Counted from the first letter of the stretch, positions 9,291 to 19,737 are shown. The stretch is 41,823 nucleotides of DNA from an uncultured Bacillales bacterium (GCA_947168625.1 CAMVMQ010000003.1:1-41823), one strand, 5' to 3'. The notes: generated by a model not told the origin, from the sequence alone. Numbers and translations are program-made.

Positions 9291-10421
9291 TTAGTTTTTA
9301 AATCTTAAATTTTCATTAGAAATATTAAATAACATTCCTACTAATATCATATAAGATAGTAAAGATGAACCTCCGTAGGAAATAAAAGGAAGAGTAATTC
9401 CCATAATTGGAAGTAAACCAATTGTCATACCGATATTTTGAATTTGTTGAAATATTAAAACAGAAATAATGCCCGCAACTGAAAGTTTATCATTAATACT
9501 TGGTGATTTATTTGCTAGTGTTAGAACACTAAAATCAAAATAAATAAGTAAAGATAACAATAAGAGTGAACCTATTAAACCAAAGTTTGATGAATATACA
9601 GCAAAGATAAAGTCTGTCTGCATTTCTGGAAAGTAAATAGGAGTATTACTAAAGCCATGTCCTAAGATACCTGCAGATCCAACAGCGGTAATACCATTTG
9701 TAAGTTGCAATCCACTTGAAGTAGACCAATTTAATATTCTATCCATTCGGTAAAAGAAACTAGTACCAAATATTTTTATAAATAAATCTTGTTTTAAGAA
9801 ATATATGCTAAGAAAAATACCACCAAAGATTATAATTGTACTAATTATTATAAAAAACCATCTTTTCTTAAACCCGCCAATAAATAACATAATAAGAGTA
9901 ATAATAAAATAAATAAGTACCGCACCAGTATCAGGTTCAATAAAAGTAAGAATAGAGGGTATTCCAACAATTACGAGAACTTTCAAAAGAAATTTAAATT
10001 CATCTTGAACTTCAGCATTTGCTTTTTCCTCTTTAAAATCCGTTATCATTCTAGATAGAGTAATTATTAAAAATATTTTCATAAATTCAGAAGGTTGAAA
10101 GCTGCCAATATAAGGAATTACAAACCAACATTTTGCATTATTAATTTCTTTACCAAAAATCAGAACAAGTACTAATAATGCAACTCCTATTATATAAAAA
10201 ATGTAAGCATTATTATAGAGAAATTTATTTCCGAGAGTCATCATTAAGTAAGCTATAGCAAATCCAACAATATACCATAGTATTTGCTTCAAGTACAAAT
10301 TTTGTAAATCGTTAGATACGAGTCCTCTAGTAGCATAAATAGTAATAGCACTTATTATAGCAAACAAAATAATTGGAATAATAATACTTTTTTCTACTTT
10401 AAACTTTGATTCTTTTTGCAT
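9291..10421 (-). CDS. rodA: SEDS family peptidoglycan polymerase RodA/FtsW
   Basis: FQPSEFMK, EPDTG, PEMQTDFIFA and GITLPFISYGGSS motifs. Confidence 0.9.
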   Translation of the reverse strand: MQKESKFKVEKSIIIPIILFAIISAITIYATRGLVSNDLQNLYLKQILWYIVGFAIAYLMMTLGNKFLYNNAYIFYIIGVALLVLVLIFGKEINNAKCWFVIPYIGSFQPSEFMKIFLIITLSRMITDFKEEKANAEVQDEFKFLLKVLVIVGIPSILTFIEPDTGAVLIYFIITLIMLFIGGFKKRWFFIIISTIIIFGGIFLSIYFLKQDLFIKIFGTSFFYRMDRILNWSTSSGLQLTNGITAVGSAGILGHGFSNTPIYFPEMQTDFIFAVYSSNFGLIGSLLLLSLLIYFDFSVLTLANKSPSINDKLSVAGIISVLIFQQIQNIGMTIGLLPIMGITLPFISYGGSSLLSYMILVGMLFNISNENLRFKN

Positions 10422-10516
10422 ATATATAAATCCTTTCTTAATTATGATACCACATTTTAGAAAAATAATAAATATCTATAAAAATAAATCATATATTTAA
10501 TTAGAGGTGAATAGTA

Positions 10517-10846
10517 ATGAAAGACTTACCAGAGATGTATCATCATATCAGTAAAGATTTTCATAATAATGAAAAAGTATATTCTTCAATATACAATAAA
10601 AAAGAAAGTATTATAGATAAAGTAAAAAATAAAATAATCGATAATAAAAAAGAATATACAATCGAACAAAAGATATATAATATCTTTAATTCTCCTAATT
10701 ATATATATAAAATGGATGTTGTTATTGTAACTGATGAAGGAAAGGTAAACAAGAGAATAGTAGGAAAAACGAGAACTAATTTAATTACTATGGATGGCGA
10801 ATACATACCAATAAACAAAATAAGAGATATCTATGTGACAAGATAA
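10517..10846 (+). CDS. Hypothetical protein, possible small beta-barrel C-terminus
   Basis: GAGGTG RBS, 109-aa ORF; no family recognised. Confidence 0.7.
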   Translation: MKDLPEMYHHISKDFHNNEKVYSSIYNKKESIIDKVKNKIIDNKKEYTIEQKIYNIFNSPNYIYKMDVVIVTDEGKVNKRIVGKTRTNLITMDGEYIPINKIRDIYVTR

Positions 10847-10900
10847 CTCTTTTTTTTTAATATCATTTATGATATGATTATATGGAAGGAAAGTGAAAAT

Positions 10901-11677
10901 ATGGATCGTACATTTATTAAAATAGGAAATATAAATATCTATTGGTATTCAATTCTTATCATAGTAAGTGTTTTTATTGGTTATTATTTTTCTTTAAGGG
11001 AAGCAAAAAAGAATGGGCTTACCAAGAACTTTATTTCAGATTTAGTTTTTTATCTCGTAATAGTATCAATTTTAGGGGCTCGCCTTTACTACGTGATATT
11101 TAATTTCGATGTATTTAAAGATGAACTATTAGATATATTTAAGATATGGGAAGGCGGTATTGCCATTTATGGAGCAGTAATTTCCGCTATTATATTTATC
11201 ATTATATATTCAAAAAAGAAAAAAAAGAATTCTTTACTAGTTCTAGATACATTAGTTCCATACCTAATATTAGGTCAAGGAATTGGCAGATGGGGTAACT
11301 TTTTTAATAAAGAAGCTCATGGTGCTATTACTACATTAAATCACTTAAAAAAACTACATCTACCCAATTTTATAATTAATGGAATGAATATTAATGGTTC
11401 ATACTATATACCAACATTTCTATATGAATCGATTTGGTGTTTAATCGGATTTATTATCCTAATTATTATTCGTAAAAAGGATCAATATAAACATCCTGGT
11501 GCTTTATTATTTACCTATTTTATATGGTATGGAATAGGTAGATTTATAATTGAAGGAATGCGTACTGATAGTCTATATTTTCTTGGCCTTAGAGTTAGTC
11601 AATTAGTATCTGTTATCTTAATTATAATTGGAATAATTGGTATAATTAAAATAATAATTAAAAATAAGAGGAAGTAA
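10901..11677 (+). CDS. lgt: Prolipoprotein diacylglyceryl transferase
   Basis: GARLYYV, IWEGGIAIYG, IGRWGNFFN.EAHG and PTFLYES motifs. Confidence 0.97.
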   Translation: MDRTFIKIGNINIYWYSILIIVSVFIGYYFSLREAKKNGLTKNFISDLVFYLVIVSILGARLYYVIFNFDVFKDELLDIFKIWEGGIAIYGAVISAIIFIIIYSKKKKKNSLLVLDTLVPYLILGQGIGRWGNFFNKEAHGAITTLNHLKKLHLPNFIINGMNINGSYYIPTFLYESIWCLIGFIILIIIRKKDQYKHPGALLFTYFIWYGIGRFIIEGMRTDSLYFLGLRVSQLVSVILIIIGIIGIIKIIIKNKRK

Positions 11678-11684
11678 TCACATT

Positions 11685-12311
11685 ATGGAGTATATCTATA
11701 AAGATAAATATTATGAAATAGAAATAATAAGAAAGAATAATAAGAATACATATTTAAGAGTAAAAGATGGTAAGATAGTAGTTACTACTAACTACTTAGT
11801 TAGTAGGAGTAAAGTAGAAAAATTGATTAAAGATAATACTGCCTTTATAAATAAGAATTTAGATAAAGATATAGAGAAGAAGAAAGATACATCTTTTAAA
11901 TTATTTGGAAATGTCTATGATATTATTTATGGATTTCCAAATACTGAAATAGATGAAAGTAAAATTTACACCAAAGATGATAAAACATTAGATAAGTATT
12001 TGTATAAATATATTAAAAACACATATGAAGAAAGACTTAATTATTGGTATAATTCCTTTGAAGAAGAAATTCCAATACCTAATTTAAAAATTAGGAAAAT
12101 GACTAGTAGATGGGGAGTATGTAATATTAAGAATCATAATGTTACTTTAAATTTAGAATTATCTAAATATAAAAGAGAAGCCTTAGATTATGTCATAGTT
12201 CATGAACTTAGTCACTTTATTCACCCAAATCATTCGAAGAACTTCTGGTTACTAGTAGGAAAGTATTATCCAAAATATAAAGAAGTAAGAAAATATTTAA
12301 AAAATAATTAA
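11685..12311 (+). CDS. YgjP-like (DUF45/M48) metallopeptidase family protein
   Basis: MTSRWGVC and DYVIVHELSH...NHSKNFW motifs. Confidence 0.9.
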   Translation: MEYIYKDKYYEIEIIRKNNKNTYLRVKDGKIVVTTNYLVSRSKVEKLIKDNTAFINKNLDKDIEKKKDTSFKLFGNVYDIIYGFPNTEIDESKIYTKDDKTLDKYLYKYIKNTYEERLNYWYNSFEEEIPIPNLKIRKMTSRWGVCNIKNHNVTLNLELSKYKREALDYVIVHELSHFIHPNHSKNFWLLVGKYYPKYKEVRKYLKNN

Positions 12312-12484
12312 TCTAATTAGTATTATCATTTAAATTAACGATAGTTAATTTAAAATATCATTACAAGTATATTCTGGTATGTAGATATGTTTAATATAGA
12401 TAAAATAATAGAAAGAAAAAGAATTATGAAACAAAATAATTGTTTCTTTCTTTTTTTTATATTATAATAAAGATGGTGATTCAA

Positions 12485-13216
12485 GTGGATAATATTACTT
12501 CAGTAAATAATAATCATATTAAAGAATTATGTAAATTAAAAGAAAAGAAATATCGAGACAGTACCAATAGTTTTCTAATTGAAGGAGAACATCTTATCTA
12601 TGAAGCTTACAAAGAAGGATTATTAATTGAAGTTCTTCCTTTGATAGGTGAAGATTTTTCTGTGGATGCCAAAATTACTTTTATTACTCCAGAAGTTATG
12701 AAGAAATTATCAAGTACTGATACAATTCCTAAAGTAATTGGGGTATCTAAGAAAAAGAAAGAAGGCATTATTGGAAATAAAGTATTAATTCTCGAGGATA
12801 TTCAAGATCCCGGAAATCTTGGAACAATTATTAGATCAAGTTTAGCATTTAATGTCGATACAATTGTCTTAAGCTTAAGATGTGTTGATCTATATAATCC
12901 AAAAGTAATTAGAGCAACGCAAGGTTCTTTATTTCATATTAACATTATTGTAAGAGATATAGATCTTTTCATTAGAGAATTAAAAGATAAAGAATATAAA
13001 ATATTTGGAAGCAAAGTAGATGGTGGATTAGATATAAGAAGTGTTAATCTTCCTTCAAAATATGCTTTAATCATCGGAAATGAAGGACAAGGAATGAGTA
13101 AAGAGACTACTAGTCTTTGTGATAATTTACTATATATAAAAATGAATAATGAAATAGAAAGTCTAAATGCAGGAGTAGCGGCATCAATTCTACTATATGA
13201 AATGGAGAATAAATAA
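12485..13216 (+). CDS. TrmH/SpoU family RNA methyltransferase
   Basis: ITS.NN, IEG, IQDPGNLGTIIRS, IGNEG.G and ESLNAGVA motifs; GTG start inferred from a GGTGA RBS. Confidence 0.93.
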   Translation: MDNITSVNNNHIKELCKLKEKKYRDSTNSFLIEGEHLIYEAYKEGLLIEVLPLIGEDFSVDAKITFITPEVMKKLSSTDTIPKVIGVSKKKKEGIIGNKVLILEDIQDPGNLGTIIRSSLAFNVDTIVLSLRCVDLYNPKVIRATQGSLFHINIIVRDIDLFIRELKDKEYKIFGSKVDGGLDIRSVNLPSKYALIIGNEGQGMSKETTSLCDNLLYIKMNNEIESLNAGVAASILLYEMENK

Positions 13217-13698
13217 TGGAGTTAATTAAGATAGGAAAAGTAGTAAATACTCATGGAATAAAAGGTGAAATAAGAATTCTTTCAAAATTCCCCTATAAAG
13301 ATAAAGTGTTTATTAAAGGCATGTATATCTATATAGATAAAAAAGATAAAGAAATAATTAATACATATCGTAAACATAAGAATTTCGATATGATTACAAT
13401 GGAAGGATACTCTAATATAAACGAAGTATTAAAGTATAAGGGTAAAAATGTCTATGTAGATAAAAGTGATATAAAATTAGAAAACAATTATCTAGATGAG
13501 GATATAATAGGACTTAATGTCTATATAAATGATAAATATAAGGGTGTTGTTAAAGATATTGAAAGATATGAAAGTACAACATTACTAGTAATTAATAATG
13601 AAAATAGAAATCATTTAATTCCTTATGCTTTAATAGATAAAATAGATATAAGTAATAAAAAAATCTTTATAAAGAATATTAAAGGGTTAATAGATTAG
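13216..13698 (+). CDS. rimM: Ribosome maturation factor RimM
   Basis: IGKVVNTHGIKGE, DIIGLNV and LIP motifs; upstream of trmD. Confidence 0.93.
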   Translation: MELIKIGKVVNTHGIKGEIRILSKFPYKDKVFIKGMYIYIDKKDKEIINTYRKHKNFDMITMEGYSNINEVLKYKGKNVYVDKSDIKLENNYLDEDIIGLNVYINDKYKGVVKDIERYESTTLLVINNENRNHLIPYALIDKIDISNKKIFIKNIKGLID

Positions 13699-13708
13699 GG
13701 GTATAAAT

Positions 13709-14461
13709 ATGACTGATTATTTAAGTGAATTATTTAGAAATATTAAGGTAGACAATGGTAAAAAAATTAATTTATTAATAGATAAAGGTATTATTAATTA
13801 TCATGAAGTATTAGATAATTTATTAAATATGGGTTCTTCAAGAAATCTTCTTTTATTTGCTATATATATTGAAAAGGTTAGTACTGAAGATAAAATAGTT
13901 ATAGCTAAAGAATTAATTAGAAGAAAATCTTATTATGAAATAACTATCCTGGCAAAAGATGTAATAGATTCTCTTTATGAGTTATTTGAAGATACAATTA
14001 TTAGTTCTGATAATGCATATATAATATATGACTTTGCATTTAATGTCAGAAATATAAATATCGAAAAATTTGAGAATAAAATAATAGAACTTGGCAATCC
14101 AGTATATATTTTTCGTTTCGCTTTGAATATAAAGGGTGCTAATATTTCTAAATTAGAAAAGGCTATTATATTAACAAATAACTCTGAATATATTTCTTTA
14201 TTTGCTACTAGAATAGCTAATGCTAATTTAGAGTTACTAGAAGAAGCTTTAAGTAATAATGGTAATTTAGATGATTTTAAAACCTTTCTTAAATATAAAA
14301 ATAAAGTACAGAAAGAAGATTATAATAAACTTTGTAATTCTATAAAAAATAATGATATAAATGATTTAGAATTAAATAAAGATAGATATGCTTATTTATT
14401 TAAAGAACCAAGTGAAAAAGTAAAAGCTTTAGTTAGGAAAATTAATAATTTGGGATATTAA
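13709..14461 (+). CDS. Hypothetical protein with ~28-aa tandem helical repeats
   Basis: Four aligned 28-residue units (residues 71-182), e.g. ELGNPVYIFRFALNIKGANISKLEKAII. Confidence 0.75.
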   Translation: MTDYLSELFRNIKVDNGKKINLLIDKGIINYHEVLDNLLNMGSSRNLLLFAIYIEKVSTEDKIVIAKELIRRKSYYEITILAKDVIDSLYELFEDTIISSDNAYIIYDFAFNVRNINIEKFENKIIELGNPVYIFRFALNIKGANISKLEKAIILTNNSEYISLFATRIANANLELLEEALSNNGNLDDFKTFLKYKNKVQKEDYNKLCNSIKNNDINDLELNKDRYAYLFKEPSEKVKALVRKINNLGY

Positions 14462-14540
14462 TTCTAACTATATAATTTATTAGAATAATTTTCAAAGTAA
14501 TAATTTATTTTGACTACAATGATGAAAAGAATTATATAAG

Positions 14541-14569
14541 TTTACTTTTGAGCCATTATATACTATAAT
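14541..14569 (+). promoter_or_regulatory. SigA-type promoter for trmD
   Basis: TTTACT-N17-TATAAT. Confidence 0.6.
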
Positions 14570-14593
14570 ATTTAATTAGAAAAGAGGGATACT

Positions 14594-15265
14594 ATGGTAA
14601 TTGATGTACTTACTTTATTTCCTAATATGTATGATGATTTTATCAAAGAATCAATTATTAAAAGAGCAATAGAGGACAATAAAATAGAAATAAACATTCA
14701 TAATATTAGAGACTATACCGTCTACAAAAACAAACAAGTTGATGACTATCCAATAGGAGGCGGTGGAGGTATGGTCCTAATGTGTGATCCAATTTTTCGA
14801 GCCATAGAATCTCTTAAAAGAGATAATACAAAAGTAATAATGATGACACCTTCAGGTAAAATCTTTAAACAGAAAATTGCCTATGAATTGTCTAAAGAAA
14901 ATCATTTGATTATTTTATGTGGCCACTATGAAGGATTTGATGAACGTATTAAAAGTATTATTGATATTGAAATTTCTATCGGTGATTATATTTTAACTGG
15001 AGGGGAACTTCCATCAATGGTAGTTATGGATAGCATAATAAGACTTATAAACGGAGTTATCAGTAGCGAATCACTAGAATGTGAAAGCTTTGATGATAAT
15101 TTGCTTGATTATCCAAATTATACTAAACCAATAGATTATCGAGGAATGAAAGTGCCAGAAATACTATTAAGTGGCCACCACGAAAATATAAATAAATATC
15201 GTCATGAAGAAAGAATTCGATTAACAAAACAAAACAGACCTGATTTATTAAAGGAGAGTAAATAA
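14594..15265 (+). CDS. trmD: tRNA (guanine-N1)-methyltransferase
   Basis: LTLFP, VDD.P.GGG.GMV, CGHYEGFDER, SIGDYILTGGE and LLSGHH motifs. Confidence 0.98.
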   Translation: MVIDVLTLFPNMYDDFIKESIIKRAIEDNKIEINIHNIRDYTVYKNKQVDDYPIGGGGGMVLMCDPIFRAIESLKRDNTKVIMMTPSGKIFKQKIAYELSKENHLIILCGHYEGFDERIKSIIDIEISIGDYILTGGELPSMVVMDSIIRLINGVISSESLECESFDDNLLDYPNYTKPIDYRGMKVPEILLSGHHENINKYRHEERIRLTKQNRPDLLKESK

Positions 15266-15750
15266 TGATTAGGAATTATTTAATTAATAAAGATAAAAAA
15301 AGTGGGGAAATTGTTTACTTAGAATATAATAAAGAGGGGTATAAAGTAAAACCTAAAGTTAAAGAAAAAGAAGCAATAGAAGTAAATAAAATAGTCTTCG
15401 TCTCTCCTTCATTAACAGAGAAACTTCTAAAGAAAAAGATTAATGGTAAAATTTCTAAGTTACTTCTTGAACTTAATACTACTTATGATGATGAAGCAGA
15501 TAGCGGAGAAGCGAGATTTAGAAATAAATATTTGGAAGCTGAGAAGCTACTATTTATGATTATGAATACCTATCAGAAATACTTAGGTAAATCTTATATA
15601 AATCTTACCATTAAAAAGATGCAAATAATACTTGATGGTTATAAAGCTAAGTTGTATCAGTTGAATAGAAAAAAACAAAATGATATATTAATGCAATTAT
15701 ATAATGGTATGAATTATGAAGAAAATACAAAAAAAGGAAAAGGTAGATAA
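15265..15750 (+). CDS. Hypothetical protein
   Basis: AAGGAG RBS, coupled to the trmD stop; helical C-terminal half. Confidence 0.75.
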   Translation: MIRNYLINKDKKSGEIVYLEYNKEGYKVKPKVKEKEAIEVNKIVFVSPSLTEKLLKKKINGKISKLLLELNTTYDDEADSGEARFRNKYLEAEKLLFMIMNTYQKYLGKSYINLTIKKMQIILDGYKAKLYQLNRKKQNDILMQLYNGMNYEENTKKGKGR

Positions 15751-15802
15751 CTTTTTTCTTTTTTTTGTATCAAATCTATGATATAATTAAAAAGTAATAA
15801 AT

Positions 15803-15876
15803 GCCAAATTAGTTTAGTGGTAGAACAAGGCCCTCGTAATGCCTAGAGGTAAGTTCGATTCTTACATTTGGCACCA
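15803..15876 (+). tRNA. tRNA-Thr (anticodon CGU)
   Basis: Cloverleaf: acceptor GCCAAAT/ATTTGGC, D-arm GTTT/GAAC with AGTGGTA loop, anticodon loop CTCGTAA, T-arm GTAAG-TTCGATT-CTTAC, encoded CCA. Extended -10 TGATATAAT at 15779-15787. Confidence 0.95.
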
Positions 15877-15895
15877 TTATTTATGGAGAAAAAAT

Positions 15896-16570
15896 ATGAA
15901 AAAAATATTATTATTTTTTTGTTTACTTCTACTAGTTGGTTGTTCAAATATAGAAAAAGAAAAATCAATAAAAGTTGAAGAAAAAAAAGAAGATATTATA
16001 ACTGATAATAAGAAGCCAGAATACATAGATAATAATCCCATTAAACTCGGCTTATTTGCTTATGATGGAAAATATGATTCAAAAAAAGTAATTAAAGATG
16101 CTTATTATACAGATTTAATAAGTGGGAAAGATATTGGATCGTTTGAAGTATTTCTAACTTCTGATGAAGAGATTTCTGGTAGTGATTTTAAAGATACTTG
16201 GTATAAATATTATAATAAGTATGAAGATATAACTAAGTATAAAATTGGTTATAATATTAAATTTATGTTAGATAATGGTGAAAATTACTCATCAAACTTC
16301 TTAGAACCAGATATTTTTAAATATAGTCCATACTTTTATGTTTATCTATATGATGATGTAAATGTTCAAGATGGTGAAATATATAGTCATCTAGAAGAAG
16401 TAAGTGAAAATACCATAATTACTTCAATTAAATTATATGCAGTTGATAATATTGATAGGGTAGAGAGTATTATTTTATGTGCATTTACATATGACTCAGA
16501 AGATGACTTTGATGAAGATGGAAATTATCGAGGTAACTCTCTATATGTAATTAGAATAAAAAGAAAATAG
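15896..16570 (+). CDS. Lipoprotein of unknown function
   Basis: GGAG RBS; MKKILLFFCLLLLVG|C lipobox. Start moved from 15839, which lies inside the tRNA. Confidence 0.85.
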   Translation: MKKILLFFCLLLLVGCSNIEKEKSIKVEEKKEDIITDNKKPEYIDNNPIKLGLFAYDGKYDSKKVIKDAYYTDLISGKDIGSFEVFLTSDEEISGSDFKDTWYKYYNKYEDITKYKIGYNIKFMLDNGENYSSNFLEPDIFKYSPYFYVYLYDDVNVQDGEIYSHLEEVSENTIITSIKLYAVDNIDRVESIILCAFTYDSEDDFDEDGNYRGNSLYVIRIKRK

Positions 16571-16586
16571 ATAGATTAAATTCTAT

Positions 16587-16817
16587 CTATTTATTTTCTT
16601 CAAGTAACTTTTTGGCAAATTCCATGGATACTAAATCAAATTCATTTTCATCGTTTAATCTTTCATAGAAGTCCTCGTTATTCTCTGTAACAATTTTACG
16701 ATAGCAAATATTAGTTGGATCTTCTACCTCTGAAAAAAGAGTATAAATCACATCATTTATTTTTAATTCTTTTATTATAGCGTATTCTTTATTATCATCT
16801 AAAATAATTGTATACAT
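16587..16817 (-). CDS. Small acidic DUF1292-like protein
   Basis: GGAAGGAG RBS; KEYAII..LKIND..Y and L.DENEFDLV..EF pattern. Confidence 0.65.
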   Translation of the reverse strand: MYTIILDDNKEYAIIKELKINDVIYTLFSEVEDPTNICYRKIVTENNEDFYERLNDENEFDLVSMEFAKKLLEENK

Positions 16818-16818
16818 A

Positions 16819-17508
16819 TTATTGACTCCTTCCACCTATATTTGTATCATAATAAGTTTCGTTCTCATCTATAAAAGTACTTTCATTTAATGACTGGGCA
16901 ATCTCTTTCTTAGCTAGATTATATAACATACTATAATTAGGATATCCATTTGAATCAATAACACCGTTAATACGACAATATTGATTAAAATCAGTATAAT
17001 AATGTCCTTTATCATTAAAAATTTCAATATTTTGCACCAATTTATCCATTTCACGATAATCTATTAAATCATAGTAACACGAAGCATCTACAAAAGTAAA
17101 ATCAGCTGTTGCAATATTTGCATAATCCCTTGCACTTGTATTATCGTTAATTTTTAATTCACCTTTTTCATTAAGAAAAGCAAGGTTATTATCAATTAAT
17201 TTTTCTTGTGCTGATTTAAGTTCAGCATTATATTTACTATTAATTGTTGAAGCTTTCTGTAGCTTACTACCTATATCAACTCCAAGTAAGCTAGCTACTA
17301 AACCAATAGCTACTACTCCAGTAGTAAACACTCTTTTATTTATAACTATTTTATTTTCCTTATTTTTTCTTTTCCCTTTTACTGGGATTCTTGTTTTTGT
17401 TGAAGATTCTCCTTGACTAATTGTTCTATCAACGATTTCATTTCTATGCTGTGCTTTATTAACAATTCTCACCAATGTATCTTCATCGTATGTATCATTA
17501 ACTCTCAT
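16819..17508 (-). CDS. Hypothetical single-TM protein
   Basis: GGAGG RBS; basic stretch followed by TM (VFTTGVVAIGLVASLLGV). Confidence 0.75.
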   Translation of the reverse strand: MRVNDTYDEDTLVRIVNKAQHRNEIVDRTISQGESSTKTRIPVKGKRKNKENKIVINKRVFTTGVVAIGLVASLLGVDIGSKLQKASTINSKYNAELKSAQEKLIDNNLAFLNEKGELKINDNTSARDYANIATADFTFVDASCYYDLIDYREMDKLVQNIEIFNDKGHYYTDFNQYCRINGVIDSNGYPNYSMLYNLAKKEIAQSLNESTFIDENETYYDTNIGGRSQ

Positions 17509-17544
17509 TTTATATACCTCCTATGATAAATATAGACTAAAAAG

Positions 17545-17576
17545 AAACTAATGTCAATATTGATTGACATTAGTTT
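17545..17576 (-). terminator. 14-bp inverted repeat downstream of clpB, overlapping the -35 of the next promoter
   Basis: AAACTAATGTCAAT-attg-ATTGACATTAGTTT, followed on the minus strand by CTTTTT. Confidence 0.7.
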
Positions 17577-17579
17577 ACA

Positions 17580-19697
17580 TTAATTTGTATTTAGAATAAG
17601 TTTATTATCCTTAATATCGATAGTAATGGTTTCACCATATTTAATTTTATTATTAATTATATCTTCAGCAATTAAGGTTTCAATATTTTTTTGGACATAT
17701 CTTTTAATTGGTCTTGCACCATATTTTTCATCATAAGCGTTGTTAATAATGTATTCTTTTGCTTCTTCGGTTATTAATAGATGTAGATTATTATTTATAA
17801 GTCTCTTTTCAGTGTCTTTAATAATTTTATCAAGGATTTCTTTTATAGTATTTTTAGATAGTGCGTTAAAGAAAACTATTTCATCAATTCGATTAATGAA
17901 CTCTGGTTTAAAAGTATTTCTTAATTCTCCTAGTATTAATTCTCTAGAATCTTTTTTACCATCAAGAATATATTCACTACCAAGGTTTGATGTCATTATT
18001 ATAATTGTATTTTTAAAGTCAACTGTTCTACCTTGACCATCTGTAATTCTTCCGTCATCTAGTATTTGAAGAAGTACGTTAAAGATATCTTTATGGGCTT
18101 TTTCTATTTCATCAAATAGAATAATGGAGTAGGGATTACGCCTTACAGCTTCAGTTAGTTGGCCACCTTCATCATAACCAACATATCCCGGAGGAGCTCC
18201 GATTAATCTAGAAACAGTATGACTTTCCATGTATTCAGACATATCAATTCTAATCATATGTCTTTCATCATCAAATAATTCATAAGCTAAAGTTCTTGCA
18301 ACTTCTGTTTTACCTGTACCAGTGGGTCCTAAAAAGATAAAGGAACCAATTGGTCTATTAGGATCTTTGATACCAGCACGCGATCTCATAATGGCATCAC
18401 TTACTAATTTTAAAGCTTCATCTTGACCTTTAACCCTTTTCTTCATATTATCCTCTAGATTAAGAATCTTTTCTTTATCTCCTTTAGTTAGCTTTGAAAC
18501 AGGAATATTTGTCCACTTCGATATAATAGCTGCTACTTCTTCTTCACCAACTGTGTCAGATAAGATATCATTTTTATTTCTTTCTTCTAATTCTTTTAAC
18601 TCTTTTTCTAATCGTGGAAGAGTACCATGTCTTAACTTAGCAGCAGATTCCAAATCATAATTATTTTCAGCTTGTTCTAATGAAAATGTAGCATTTTCTA
18701 TTTCTTCTTTTTTCTTACTAATTAAATTATTAATATTTTTCTCTTCTTCCCATTTAGCACGTAAATCTTTTTCTTCATTTTTTAGTTTTTCTAGTTCTTC
18801 ATTAATTACATTAATTCTATTTTTTGATATATCATCTGTTTCTTTTTTTAGAGCCTCTTTTTCAACTTCTAAGGTCATTATCTTTCTTTCTAAAACATCA
18901 AGATCAGTAGGTACGGAATTCATTTGTACTTTAATAGTAGCACATGCTTCATCAATTAAATCGATTGCTTTATCAGGAAGATACCTATCAGTTATATATC
19001 GATCAGATAAAGTAGCAGCTGCAATTAGTGCTTTATCCTTAATATTTACTCCATGAAAGACTTCAAACTTAGATTTCAATCCTCTTAAAATTGTAATTGT
19101 ATCTAAAACGTTAGGCTCTTTTATTATTACTTTTTGAAATCTTCTTTCAAGAGCAGCATCTTTTTCAATATATTTACGATATTCATTTAAAGTAGTAGCA
19201 CCAATGCAATGTATTTCTCCACGGGCAAGCATTGGTTTTAACATATTACCAGCATCCATTGCTCCTTCCAAAGCACCAGCGCCAACAATCATATGAATCT
19301 CATCAATAAACATAATAATATTACCGTCAGATTCCTTAATCTCTTTAAGAACGGCCTTCAATCTTTCTTCGAATTCACCACGATATTTAGCTCCCGCAAT
19401 TAAGGAAGCCATATCTAATTCCCATATTTTCTTATCCCTTAAATTATCAGGAACATCACCTTTAATTATTCGTGTGGCTAGTCCCTCAATTATCGCGGTT
19501 TTACCAACGCCAGGCTCACCAATTAATACCGGATTATTTTTTGTTTTACGAGATAAAATTCTTGTAATACTTCTAATTTCCTCATCACGACCAATTACAG
19601 GATCTATTTTACCTTCTTTAGCAAGAAGAGTAATATCTCTTCCATACTTTTCAAGTGGTTTTTGCAAATTTTCTTCATACGGATTATTCATATTCAT
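17580..19697 (-). CDS. clpB: ClpB disaggregase lacking the N-terminal Clp-repeat domain
   Basis: Two AAA modules ([14 protein letters not shown]; [14 protein letters not shown]), coiled-coil M-domain, GAPPGYVGY; 705 aa starting just before LEKYGRD. Confidence 0.95.
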   Translation of the reverse strand: MNMNNPYEENLQKPLEKYGRDITLLAKEGKIDPVIGRDEEIRSITRILSRKTKNNPVLIGEPGVGKTAIIEGLATRIIKGDVPDNLRDKKIWELDMASLIAGAKYRGEFEERLKAVLKEIKESDGNIIMFIDEIHMIVGAGALEGAMDAGNMLKPMLARGEIHCIGATTLNEYRKYIEKDAALERRFQKVIIKEPNVLDTITILRGLKSKFEVFHGVNIKDKALIAAATLSDRYITDRYLPDKAIDLIDEACATIKVQMNSVPTDLDVLERKIMTLEVEKEALKKETDDISKNRINVINEELEKLKNEEKDLRAKWEEEKNINNLISKKKEEIENATFSLEQAENNYDLESAAKLRHGTLPRLEKELKELEERNKNDILSDTVGEEEVAAIISKWTNIPVSKLTKGDKEKILNLEDNMKKRVKGQDEALKLVSDAIMRSRAGIKDPNRPIGSFIFLGPTGTGKTEVARTLAYELFDDERHMIRIDMSEYMESHTVSRLIGAPPGYVGYDEGGQLTEAVRRNPYSIILFDEIEKAHKDIFNVLLQILDDGRITDGQGRTVDFKNTIIIMTSNLGSEYILDGKKDSRELILGELRNTFKPEFINRIDEIVFFNALSKNTIKEILDKIIKDTEKRLINNNLHLLITEEAKEYIINNAYDEKYGARPIKRYVQKNIETLIAEDIINNKIKYGETITIDIKDNKLILNTN

Positions 19698-19737
19698 AAT
19701 TAATCACCTTTCTTTCAAAACTAATTATAACACTTTT

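Noticed and set aside
12312-12470. Possible riboswitch or small ORF upstream of the TrmH gene (hairpin TTTAAATTAAC-gata-GTTAATTTAAA; a 26-codon ORF)
   Set aside because: Nearly AT-only stems, no recognisable riboswitch core and no RBS for the ORF; most simply a terminator plus promoter region.
15839-15895. Upstream start of the lipoprotein ORF
   Set aside because: It lies inside tRNA-Thr; the RBS and lipoprotein signal indicate ATG 15896.
15860-17508. Genomic island integrated at tRNA-Thr
   Set aside because: No duplicated tRNA 3' end noticed and no adjacent integrase; only three short genes follow.
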